NCBI GenBank assembly: GCA_022709735.1
Contig: JAKLIG010000001.1
Location: forward strand, 192,586 to 256,585
Direction: 5' to 3'
Source of the DNA: Patescibacteria group bacterium
GTDB taxonomy: Bacteria; Patescibacteriota; Minisyncoccia; Moranbacterales; UBA2206
DNA length: 64,000 nt
Both the position numbers and the translations under genes were made by a program. This document shows, one piece after another, positions 10,567 through 18,572 of this stretch. Within the stretch, counting starts at the first letter, position 1, and each line of letters starts with the position of its first letter. The notes under the pieces were generated by a model, which saw nothing but the letters and a program-made list of their open reading frames with translations, ran no database searches and was not told the origin of the DNA.

Positions 10567-11609
10567 TATAATTTTTTATAGATTCCTTCTTTTTTTAAAT
10601 CTGCTTCGAGCATTATTTTTACAAGTTTTTTGAAAGTTGTTTTTGGTTTCCAATCGAGCTTTTTTCTGGCTTTTGTCGGATCACCGAGAAGAACATCAAC
10701 TTCAGCTGGTCTAAAATAGCGGTGATCTATACGGATAAGTACCTTTTTTGTTTTTTTATCATAACCAACTTCCTTTAGTCCCTCTCCCTTCCAAGCAAAA
10801 TCAATACCAACTAGCTTCATACATTCTTCAATAAATTCTCGAACGCTATGATTTTCACCAGTAGCTAAAATGTAGTCTTCTGGATATTTTTGCTGAAGTA
10901 TTTTCCACATCCCTTCCACATAATCTTTGGCATAGCCCCAATCGCGTTTAGCGTCAAGATTTCCAAGATAAATGCAATTATGTTTTCCTGAAATTATGCG
11001 AGCGAGTCCCCGCGTTATTTTTCGAGTAACAAATGTTTCTCCGCGTCTAGGAGATTCATGATTGAAAAGAATTCCATTACAGGCAAACATATTGTAGCTT
11101 TCTCGATAGTTAACTGTTATCCAATAGGCATAAAGTTTGGCAACGCCATAGGGCGAGCGAGGATAGAAAGGGGTAGTTTCCTTTTGTGGTATTTCCTGAA
11201 CTTTTCCATAAAGTTCACTACTAGAGGCTTGATAGAATTTTGTTTTTATATGAGAATCTTTAATGGCATCAAGAATGCGAAGTGTTCCTATGCCATCAAC
11301 ATCAGCGGTATATTCCGGAATATCAAAACTTACTCGCACATGACTCTGCGCGCCGAGGTGATATATTTCATGAGGTTTAATTTTTTCCAATAGGCGCGTG
11401 ATATTACTGCTGTCAGAAAGATCTCCATGATGCAGAAAAAAATTGATTCCGTTAATTTTAGGATTGGAATGCAAATGATCAATCCTCCCGGTATTAAATG
11501 AACTCGAGCGTCTTATGATGCCATGAACTTCATAACCTTTTTTCAAAAGAAATTCTGCCAAATATGAACCGTCTTGCCCGGTGATTCCGGTGATAAGTGC
11601 TTTTTTCAT
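10566..11609 (-). CDS. gmd: GDP-mannose 4,6-dehydratase
   Basis: 347 aa. [46 protein letters not shown] is the canonical Gmd N-terminus. [10 protein letters not shown] (YxxxK). Confidence 0.92.
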   Translation of the reverse strand: MKKALITGITGQDGSYLAEFLLKKGYEVHGIIRRSSSFNTGRIDHLHSNPKINGINFFLHHGDLSDSSNITRLLEKIKPHEIYHLGAQSHVRVSFDIPEYTADVDGIGTLRILDAIKDSHIKTKFYQASSSELYGKVQEIPQKETTPFYPRSPYGVAKLYAYWITVNYRESYNMFACNGILFNHESPRRGETFVTRKITRGLARIISGKHNCIYLGNLDAKRDWGYAKDYVEGMWKILQQKYPEDYILATGENHSVREFIEECMKLVGIDFAWKGEGLKEVGYDKKTKKVLIRIDHRYFRPAEVDVLLGDPTKARKKLDWKPKTTFKKLVKIMLEADLKKEGIYKKL

Positions 11610-11962
11610 TCTTTTTCATTTAAGTTAGTTATTTTTTTAAGTGCATCTTTTCTGGTCAAAATTGACATACTTTGTTCGAGTCTTTCGATTGCATTTAAAA
11701 GTTTGAAAATAATAAGAAAAATCAAGAGAAAGCCAACTAAAATTACTGCGTTGATATTGCCTTCAATTCCAATAAATTTTGCTAAGCTTATGCTGATTTT
11801 TGGATAAATTACAATTGCAATCATTCCGCCCCAAACAAAAATCCTTGCTAAGAGTTTTGAAAATGTTTGTTGTTTTTGTTTTTTAAAGAAACGATCAAAA
11901 CCCTGATAAATCATCAGGGCAGAAATAATGACAATGGCAATTTGGTAGAGATGAATGTTCAT
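11606..11962 (-). CDS. DUF2304-family small membrane protein (typical partner of GT2 genes)
   Basis: 118 aa, 3 TM helices. C-terminal amphipathic [21 protein letters not shown] overlap with gmd. Confidence 0.6.
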   Translation of the reverse strand: MNIHLYQIAIVIISALMIYQGFDRFFKKQKQQTFSKLLARIFVWGGMIAIVIYPKISISLAKFIGIEGNINAVILVGFLLIFLIIFKLLNAIERLEQSMSILTRKDALKKITNLNEKE

Positions 11963-11969
11963 AAAAATA

Positions 11970-12058
11970 AGTTAAAAAGTCTATCAAGTCCGTAAAGTCT
12001 ATAAAGTTAAGAAAAAAGATTCTCTCGGACTTTATGGACTTTCAAACTTTAAGGACTT
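11970..12058. repeat. Palindromic 'aagtc(c)gtaaagt' repeat element ('empty' copy of the inverted repeats that flank the four-helix-bundle gene)
   Basis: atcaagtccgtaaagtctataaagtt .. 17-nt spacer .. cggactttatggactttcaaactttaaggactt. The right half is the reverse complement of the left-half motif family. Same word family as 15788-15833 and 16182-16240. Confidence 0.6.
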
Positions 12059-12743
12059 AGCTAATTATATTCCAAATCATTTTATATAGAGTTTTTAAGC
12101 CGTTTAGAAAACTTTGTTTTTGAACTTTTCCCATTGAATACTCAGTATAGCGCACAGTAATGGGAATCTCCTTATATTTTAGTTTATATTTTTTGATTTC
12201 GCGGATAACCTCACTGTCATATTCATATCTGTCAGAACGAGTGTTAATAACTTTGACAGCGTGTCTGGAATAAGCGCGGAAACCGGACTGGGAATCAGTG
12301 ACCCAAAGACCATAAAAATACCAAGTAAAAAAATTTCCAATTTTATTGGCTAAAATTTTATGGTATGGCATGCCTTTTGAATTAAGCAATCTTGTGCCAA
12401 GGACTACATCAAACTTATCAAATTCAATTGGTTTGGTCAATTTAGAGATATCAGTTGGATCATGCTGGCCGTCGCCGTCCATTGTAACAATAATATCTGC
12501 GTCTAAAATTTTGGCGGCTTCAATGCCAGTTTTGGTGGCAGCTCCCTTTCCACGGTTCAAGCGATGACGAAAAACTGAATTCCCAAGAATTTCTTGGGCT
12601 TTTGAAAAAGTGTTGTCAGTGCTTCCATCATCAATCACAATTATATTTTCATAACCGGATTTTTTAATATCACCAATAACTTCCTGGATAATTTTTTCTT
12701 CGTTCAAAGCCGGTATGACGATGAAGATTTTTTTGTGTTCCAT
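12057..12743 (-). CDS. Glycosyltransferase family 2, DPM1-like soluble type (polyprenyl-phosphate sugar synthase-like)
   Basis: 228 aa. IFIVIPALNEEKIIQEVIGDIKKSGYENIIVIDDGSTDNT, MDGDGQHDP (DxD). Confidence 0.85.
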   Translation of the reverse strand: MEHKKIFIVIPALNEEKIIQEVIGDIKKSGYENIIVIDDGSTDNTFSKAQEILGNSVFRHRLNRGKGAATKTGIEAAKILDADIIVTMDGDGQHDPTDISKLTKPIEFDKFDVVLGTRLLNSKGMPYHKILANKIGNFFTWYFYGLWVTDSQSGFRAYSRHAVKVINTRSDRYEYDSEVIREIKKYKLKYKEIPITVRYTEYSMGKVQKQSFLNGLKTLYKMIWNIIS

Positions 12744-12749
12744 AAAATT

Positions 12750-13244
12750 TTATTGTTGTTCCAATAAATCTTCGGTCACTCGATTTTTGCAGGATGACTT
12801 TATTTTTGAGTCGGAAATCAAAGCGCAAATTTTCAAATCAGTTTTTGCAATAGCTTGATTTTTAAGGCAGTAATCTTTGTCAGTTCCTGCTTTATTTTCA
12901 CAATTCTCGCCGTCTTCTGCCGGAATCAAATTGCAAATGTCTTGGCAATATTTCAAATTGCTGATGCTATCTTTGAAATTCTCACAGTTGTTATCACAAT
13001 CTTTAGCCGAAATATTGCTAGTTTCTCCGCTTTCATCAATTTCATTTTTTGTTTCATCTGGTTTATTTACTATTTCATCTTCTGTTTTATCTATTTCATT
13101 ATTTGAATCACTATTATTTATAATAGTCACATTCGATTTTTGATCTTTGCTTTCAAGGTAGCGATTTTTTATTATCGGGTAAGCGAAATAGGATAAAATT
13201 CCGAGAGCAATCAGAAATAAAATTATTATAATTTTATTGAGCAT
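12750..13244 (-). CDS. N-terminally anchored, acidic Cys-rich small protein (unknown function)
   Basis: 164 aa. Single N-terminal TM/signal anchor, low-complexity D/E/N-rich linker, and 10 Cys in the C-terminal 80 aa (CDNNCEN...CQDICN...CENK..C..C..C). Confidence 0.4.
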   Translation of the reverse strand: MLNKIIIILFLIALGILSYFAYPIIKNRYLESKDQKSNVTIINNSDSNNEIDKTEDEIVNKPDETKNEIDESGETSNISAKDCDNNCENFKDSISNLKYCQDICNLIPAEDGENCENKAGTDKDYCLKNQAIAKTDLKICALISDSKIKSSCKNRVTEDLLEQQ

Positions 13245-13254
13245 AGGAAATTAT

Positions 13255-14730
13255 TTAATACATTTTACTAAGGGATATTTTGGAGTAATAATATTTAAGT
13301 ATTGCATCATATTTTTTCTTATATTTACTGCCGGCTAATTTGAGAGATCCATTAGCAACCAAGCCCACCATATGATTTCCAGCTGCTTCGAGCTGTTTGG
13401 TGTTCATTGTTGAATGTTTTCCATATGGGTCTTTGACTGATTTGCACCAAGGATAATCATCCGAACCCCAGCGCTCCTCAAAGCTTCTGGTTTTCCCATC
13501 ACTCCAAGAACTATAGGGAGTCAAGGCTATTTCATCTTTGTATTTAACAATAACCCCTCTGGTTTGGTTAGTGGCTTCTTTGATGTTGGGATATTTTTTT
13601 TCCCATTCGTAGCCCCGGTAAATTTGCGAACCAGAATCGCTTTTTATGGTAAATCCGTATTTCAAATATTTAGTTGCGTATTTGTTATACCAATAACCAT
13701 ATGTTCTGAAAATTACAGTCATTACCTTAGTATGTTCGAATGGACCGGTTCCGGTAGTTTCTCCCATTCCCCAAGTATATTGTTCTATTGGAAGAGTGTT
13801 GATAACCCAAATTTCTTTGCTGGTATTGTTATATTTTAATTTTATTTTTCCGCGGTATTCATTGTAGGATGAATTTGGGCGATGAAGATTGAAAATAAGA
13901 TTGAAATTATCACCATCCTTAGCTTCAAAACCAACCTCCTTATCCATTATTTTGCTGGCAATTGAATTATAAATTCGAAGCTTTTCATCGCCGTCATATT
14001 TAACTTTGGTTGTTGTGTTGGCTAAAACTTCAGCAATTTTATTTCCGTTTTTGTCTGTTATTATATAATCTTTATTTGAATCTATTTTGAAAGACTCTTC
14101 TTTCAAATCGTTTTTGGTATAACTCCAAAGGCCGACACTTATTTCTGGACCGTAAGCTAGTCGGCAGGTGGAATTGTCTGTTGATACATTAGCTTTTTCT
14201 TTTGGAACCCAAAATATTTCTCCTCGATATGTCCAATTCGCATCAGTGAGGATGCAATTTTTTTCGCCCAAACTAGAAGTATAAAAATATTTTTTAGTGC
14301 CGGATTGTTCGGTGGCATAAATTGGAGTCGCGCCATCCTGATTTTTGCCAAAAACATAAAAAGCAATGCCGTCGTATTGCCATGTTTTTCTGGATTTTTT
14401 AGACTTGACGAAATTATTTTTTTCCGCTTCGGAAGTTAAATAATAGTAGTAACCTTGTTTTTTATTTTTTATTTTATAAATTGGCACGGTTCCATTTTTT
14501 TGAGTGGCATAGGCCTGCCAAGGAGAGCCTTCGTCCTTCCATTTAACACTGTCTTTGAGTAAATTATTTTTTTCTGTTTCGGAAATGGTGAGATAACGAT
14601 AAGAATAAGTCTTGTTCCAAAGCGCGTAAACCGGCGATGGATTTATGATTATTTCTTCAGCTGATGCAATAGGGATAAGTAGGGTCCCCAAAAAACTTAC
14701 TAGCACAAAAAAAACGGTTATTTTTTTCAT
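13255..14730 (-). CDS. Secreted SpoIID/LytB-domain protein with three N-terminal ~45-aa cell-surface repeats
   Basis: 491 aa. Signal peptide MKKITVFFVLVSFLGTLLIPIASA. Three repeats of the form P-[IV]-Y..x..[YF]-[YF]-Y-T-S..E-K-N...W...G-[IE]-[AF]-[FY]-V. The C-terminal half has SpoIID-like motifs (TIEQYTWGMGE..., TRGVIVKYKDEIALTPYSSWSDGKTRSFEERWG). Confidence 0.6.
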   Translation of the reverse strand: MKKITVFFVLVSFLGTLLIPIASAEEIIINPSPVYALWNKTYSYRYLTISETEKNNLLKDSVKWKDEGSPWQAYATQKNGTVPIYKIKNKKQGYYYYLTSEAEKNNFVKSKKSRKTWQYDGIAFYVFGKNQDGATPIYATEQSGTKKYFYTSSLGEKNCILTDANWTYRGEIFWVPKEKANVSTDNSTCRLAYGPEISVGLWSYTKNDLKEESFKIDSNKDYIITDKNGNKIAEVLANTTTKVKYDGDEKLRIYNSIASKIMDKEVGFEAKDGDNFNLIFNLHRPNSSYNEYRGKIKLKYNNTSKEIWVINTLPIEQYTWGMGETTGTGPFEHTKVMTVIFRTYGYWYNKYATKYLKYGFTIKSDSGSQIYRGYEWEKKYPNIKEATNQTRGVIVKYKDEIALTPYSSWSDGKTRSFEERWGSDDYPWCKSVKDPYGKHSTMNTKQLEAAGNHMVGLVANGSLKLAGSKYKKKYDAILKYYYSKISLSKMY

Positions 14731-14858
14731 TTTTTGTTTGATTAATTTTATAACTTATTATAACATTTTTTTGCAAACGCTTCAAATTCTTGGGGTATTG
14801 CTTATTTCGAGTATTTTTATTACAATAAATATGATTTTAATTTCTTATATTTATATTT

Positions 14859-15794
14859 ATGAATGGAAAACTGGATTTGTCAGTTATAGTTCCTCTATAC
14901 AATGAAGAGGGGAATGTTCGCGAGCTTCATCGAAAGATAAAAGAAGCTTGCGAAAAATTAGGAAGAAGTTTTGAAATTATTTTTATCGACGACGGTTCTC
15001 GCGATAAAACAGTGGAAAATTGCGCTGGTCTTTCTCCGTTAAAGCTTATTACCTTTCGTCGCAATTTCGGCCAGACGGCTGCTTTTGATGCCGGAGTGAA
15101 AAATTCGCTCGGAGAAATTATTGTGATGATGGACGGTGATTTGCAAAATGATCCAGCTGACATTTCTCTTCTTCTTGCAGAAATGGAAAAAGGTTTTGAC
15201 ATTATCGCTGGTTGGAGATGGCAAAGAAAAGATTCATTTAGCAAGAAGTTTTTTTCGCGAGGAGCTAATCTGCTTCGAAAAATTTTAATTCAAGACAAAA
15301 TTCATGACAGCGGATGTTCACTCAAGGCTTATAAACGCGAATGCTTTCATGATTTGGATCTTTTTGGCGAAATGCACCGATTTATTCCGGCTCTTTTGGA
15401 GCTTCAGGGGTATAAAGTCGGGGAAGTGAAAGTTTCGCATTATCCCAGGGTTCATGGAGTGACAAAATATAATTGGAAAAGAGCAATCAAGGGTTTTGTT
15501 GATATGATTTCTATTTGGTTTTGGCGAAAATATGCCAATCGTCCTCTGCATCTTTTTGGCGGATTAGGAATTGTTTTTTCAATAGTTGGATTTATTATTT
15601 TGGCTTGGATGGCAGTGGAAAAAATTATGGGCGGATCAATCGCGGAAAAAATCTGGCCACTTATCGGCGTGTTCTTCATAATGATTGGTATCCAACTTTT
15701 CGTTTTTGGACTTCTGGCAGATATTCTAATTAAAAATTATTACAAAAGCCAAAATCGAATGAATTATTCAATAAAAGAAATAAAAGAGTCGTAA
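14859..15794 (+). CDS. Polyprenyl-phosphate glycosyltransferase, GT2 (ArnC/GtrB/DPM synthase type, 2 C-terminal TM)
   Basis: 311 aa. LSVIVPLYNEEGNVRELHRKI...IIFIDDGSRDKT...GQTAAFDAGV...MMDGDLQNDP. Two C-terminal hydrophobic helices. Confidence 0.88.
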   Translation: MNGKLDLSVIVPLYNEEGNVRELHRKIKEACEKLGRSFEIIFIDDGSRDKTVENCAGLSPLKLITFRRNFGQTAAFDAGVKNSLGEIIVMMDGDLQNDPADISLLLAEMEKGFDIIAGWRWQRKDSFSKKFFSRGANLLRKILIQDKIHDSGCSLKAYKRECFHDLDLFGEMHRFIPALLELQGYKVGEVKVSHYPRVHGVTKYNWKRAIKGFVDMISIWFWRKYANRPLHLFGGLGIVFSIVGFIILAWMAVEKIMGGSIAEKIWPLIGVFFIMIGIQLFVFGLLADILIKNYYKSQNRMNYSIKEIKES

Positions 15795-15833
15795 AGTCTG
15801 TCGAGTCCATCAAGTCATCAAGTCGTAAAGTTT
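15788..15833. repeat. Left inverted-repeat arm flanking the four-helix-bundle gene
   Basis: gtcgtaaagtctgtcgagtccatcaagtcatcaagtcgtaaagttt. Internal direct repeat gtcgtaaagt x2. Matches the left half of the 11970-12058 element and the reverse complement of 16182-16240. Confidence 0.55.
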
Positions 15834-16181
15834 ATGGTGATACAAAAATTTGAAGATATAATTGCTTGGCAAAAATCAAAACAAATAACTATATCAATTT
15901 ACAGAGAGTTTAAATTTAACAAAGATTTTTCTTTTAAAGATCAAATTCAAAGAGCATCTGTTTCCATAATGAATAATATAGCCGAAGGTTTTGAAAGAAG
16001 AGGAGACAAGGAATTAAAAAAGTTTTTATTTATAGTTAAGGGATCCTGCGGAGAAGTAAGATCTATGCTATATTTAGCGTTGGAGTTAGAATATATTGAT
16101 AAAATTAAGTTCAATATTTTTTATAATGATTCCTTGGAAATTTCAAAGATGCTTTCAGGGTTTATTAAAAAATTAAATTAA
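15834..16181 (+). CDS. Four-helix-bundle protein ('23S rRNA intervening-sequence protein' family, TIGR02436-like)
   Basis: 115 aa. IIAWQKSKQITISIYREFKF...DQIQRASVSIMNNIAEGFERRG.KE...FLFIVKGSCGEVRSMLYLALEL is the hallmark sequence of this family. Confidence 0.85.
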   Translation: MVIQKFEDIIAWQKSKQITISIYREFKFNKDFSFKDQIQRASVSIMNNIAEGFERRGDKELKKFLFIVKGSCGEVRSMLYLALELEYIDKIKFNIFYNDSLEISKMLSGFIKKLN

Positions 16182-16240
16182 GTCAAGATCTGTAACTAAA
16201 CTTTATAAACTTTACAGACTTTAAAGACTTTTAACTACGC
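16182..16240. repeat. Right inverted-repeat arm flanking the four-helix-bundle gene
   Basis: Reverse complement reads ...aagtctttaaagtctgtaaagtttataaagtttag..., sharing 'taaagtctgt' and 'gtaaagtttat' words with the left arm. Confidence 0.55.
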
Positions 16241-16241
16241 T

Positions 16242-17579
16242 ATGCGCATTGCAATCATTGGAACGGGCTATGTTGGTTCAGTGACGGGGGCGTGTTTTGC
16301 GGAAATGGGCAACATTGTAATCTGCGTGGACAACAACACGGATAAAATTGCCAAGTTTAACGAAGGGAAAGCGCCTCTTCACGAAAAAGGACTGGACGAA
16401 TTAATTGAAAAAAATTTGAAAAATAAAACCCTTTTTTATACGACTGATTTTGAAAAAGCAGTCAAGGAAAGCGATATAATTTTTATCGCTGTTGGTACTC
16501 CGCCTAATGAAGATGGAAGCGCTGATCTTAGCCATGTCATAACAGTAGCGCGTTCTGTTGGTGAAAAAATGGATCACCCCTTGGTTATTGTCGACAAGTC
16601 TACTGTGCCTGTCGGAACCGCTGAAATGGTCAAGGAAACTATTGCTGAAGAATTGAAGAAGCGAGGAGAGAAAATAGAGTTTTATGTTGTAAGTAACCCG
16701 GAATTTCTGGCTCAAGGAACGGCAGTCAAGGATTTTATGGAGCCTAGCCGAGTTGTGGTGGGCGCAGATAGCGAGAAAGTCCTAGAGACCATGAAAGAGC
16801 TGTACGCGCCTTTTATGCGCCGCGAGGGCCGTTTTTTTGCGATGGATCCCAAAACTGCCGAAATGGTGAAGTATGCTTCTAATTGTTTTTTAGCCGCTAA
16901 AATTTCGGTTAATAATGAATTGGCGAATATTTGCTCCCGCATTGGAGCTGATTTCGATTTGGTTCGAAAAGCGATGGGTGCTGATCCTCGAATTGGCGAA
17001 CCTTTTATGTATGCCGGTCCGGGGTTCGGTGGCAGTTGTTTTCCAAAAGATGTAAGAGCGCTTATAAAAATTGCCAAGGATAGCGATTATAAAGCGGAAA
17101 TGTTTTTGCAAACACTGGATACCAATGAAAAGCAAAAACATGTTTTAGCTGATATGCTTTTAGCGCAACTCGGAGAAGATTTGAGTGGAAAAAATTTTTG
17201 CGTTTGGGGATTAGCTTTCAAGGCTGGTACGGATGATATGCGGGAATCTTCCGCGCTCACAATTATTAATAAATTAATTTCAAAAGGTGCGCTTATTAAA
17301 GCTTATGATCCGGAAGCAATGCAAATGGCAAAGACGCCGGAATATTTTGGTGATAATTCAGCGATAAATTATTTTGAAAATAAATATGATGCTTTGGACG
17401 ACAGTGACGCATTGCTCATCATTACAGAATGGAAAGATTTTCGCACCCCGGATTTTTCGGAAATAAAAAAGCGATTGAAACAACCATTGATTTTTGACGG
17501 CCGTCTTTTGTATGATCCCAAAAAAATGCAGGAACTTGGTTTTAAATATCATTCAATCGGACGATCGTCCAAAAAATAA
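16242..17579 (+). CDS. ugd: UDP-glucose 6-dehydrogenase
   Basis: 445 aa. MRIAIIGTGYVGSVTGACFAEMGN.V.CVD, GFGGSCFPKDV (catalytic Cys region). The gene is visibly GC-richer than its neighbours. Confidence 0.92.
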   Translation: MRIAIIGTGYVGSVTGACFAEMGNIVICVDNNTDKIAKFNEGKAPLHEKGLDELIEKNLKNKTLFYTTDFEKAVKESDIIFIAVGTPPNEDGSADLSHVITVARSVGEKMDHPLVIVDKSTVPVGTAEMVKETIAEELKKRGEKIEFYVVSNPEFLAQGTAVKDFMEPSRVVVGADSEKVLETMKELYAPFMRREGRFFAMDPKTAEMVKYASNCFLAAKISVNNELANICSRIGADFDLVRKAMGADPRIGEPFMYAGPGFGGSCFPKDVRALIKIAKDSDYKAEMFLQTLDTNEKQKHVLADMLLAQLGEDLSGKNFCVWGLAFKAGTDDMRESSALTIINKLISKGALIKAYDPEAMQMAKTPEYFGDNSAINYFENKYDALDDSDALLIITEWKDFRTPDFSEIKKRLKQPLIFDGRLLYDPKKMQELGFKYHSIGRSSKK

Positions 17580-17582
17580 AAT

Positions 17583-18566
17583 ATGAAAAATAAAATACTT
17601 AATAAGGCTAAGAAAATTAAGGAAATTGTTTCAAGAAATAGAAAAAAATTAGAAATAACATTCTTGGTTTTTCTGATTGCAATTGCTATTTCAATTTTCA
17701 GTTTCAGCCCCTTGCGAAAAAATATTTCCGGTTTTATTTTGAAAAAGGCTTGTCTAAAATCAGCTCAAAATATTCCCGATGATTCATTAGGGGAAGAATA
17801 TATTGAAGATAATTCTGTAAAAAAAATGCCAGATCTTGTTATTGGAGCAATGGCTGATTTGCATGCAGAATCCAGAACATATGAGATGATCAGTACTTTT
17901 ACTAAAAAAGTACAAGAACGATTAGAAGAGGAAGGGAAAGCAGATTTTATAATTGAGTTAGGAGATTTTATAGAAAATAGAAACAAGTATGGGAAGGGTA
18001 TGAAAAAACAACCAAGAGAAGAAGGCCTAGCAGAATGGAAAAAAGCCGACTCAAGTTTTTTAGGATATACTCCTCGCTATCATGTAGTTGGAAATCATGA
18101 GATGTTCAGTTTTTTTAAAAATGATTACGAAGAACTAATTGGTCTTAATAGTTATTATTCCTTTTTGGTTAAGGGATATCAAATTATAGTTTTGGATTCA
18201 AATTACAACTTATTTTCTGGGCGAGATGTTGAGCTCAACAATGAAGAGGAGGGCGCTTATGCGGGAGCTATTCCCAAAGAAGAAATGCAATGGCTAGAAG
18301 AAAGGCTCAAGGAAGAAGATAAAAATATTATTTTTGTTCACCATCCCTTGTATAGTGTAAAAAAGAGCGTTGAAATCGAAAATTTACTTAAAAAATATAA
18401 CAAAAAGATAGTTTTAATTGCGAGCGGGCATAAGCATAAAACTAGAAGCCTTACTTTTGCAGGCATTGATTATATCGATATGCCCTCCCTGGAACTCCAA
18501 AAACAATATGCAATTATAAGCATAAAAGGAAAAAAATCTGAGGTTGAATTTTTGAATTTGCAATAA
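17583..18566 (+). CDS. Membrane-anchored calcineurin-like metallophosphoesterase
   Basis: 327 aa. N-terminal TM (LEITFLVFLIAIAISIFSF). MPE motifs ADLHAE, LGDFIEN, VVGNHE, FVHHPLY, SGHKH. Confidence 0.75.
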   Translation: MKNKILNKAKKIKEIVSRNRKKLEITFLVFLIAIAISIFSFSPLRKNISGFILKKACLKSAQNIPDDSLGEEYIEDNSVKKMPDLVIGAMADLHAESRTYEMISTFTKKVQERLEEEGKADFIIELGDFIENRNKYGKGMKKQPREEGLAEWKKADSSFLGYTPRYHVVGNHEMFSFFKNDYEELIGLNSYYSFLVKGYQIIVLDSNYNLFSGRDVELNNEEEGAYAGAIPKEEMQWLEERLKEEDKNIIFVHHPLYSVKKSVEIENLLKKYNKKIVLIASGHKHKTRSLTFAGIDYIDMPSLELQKQYAIISIKGKKSEVEFLNLQ

Positions 18567-18572
18567 AAAATT

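Noticed and set aside
11963-12056. Reading the aagtccgtaaagt repeats simply as intrinsic terminators of the upstream GT2 gene
   Set aside because: This is not fully rejected. However, the same word family brackets the four-helix-bundle gene at 15788-16240 in inverted orientation, and no U-tract follows the repeats. The mobile/cassette interpretation was therefore preferred.
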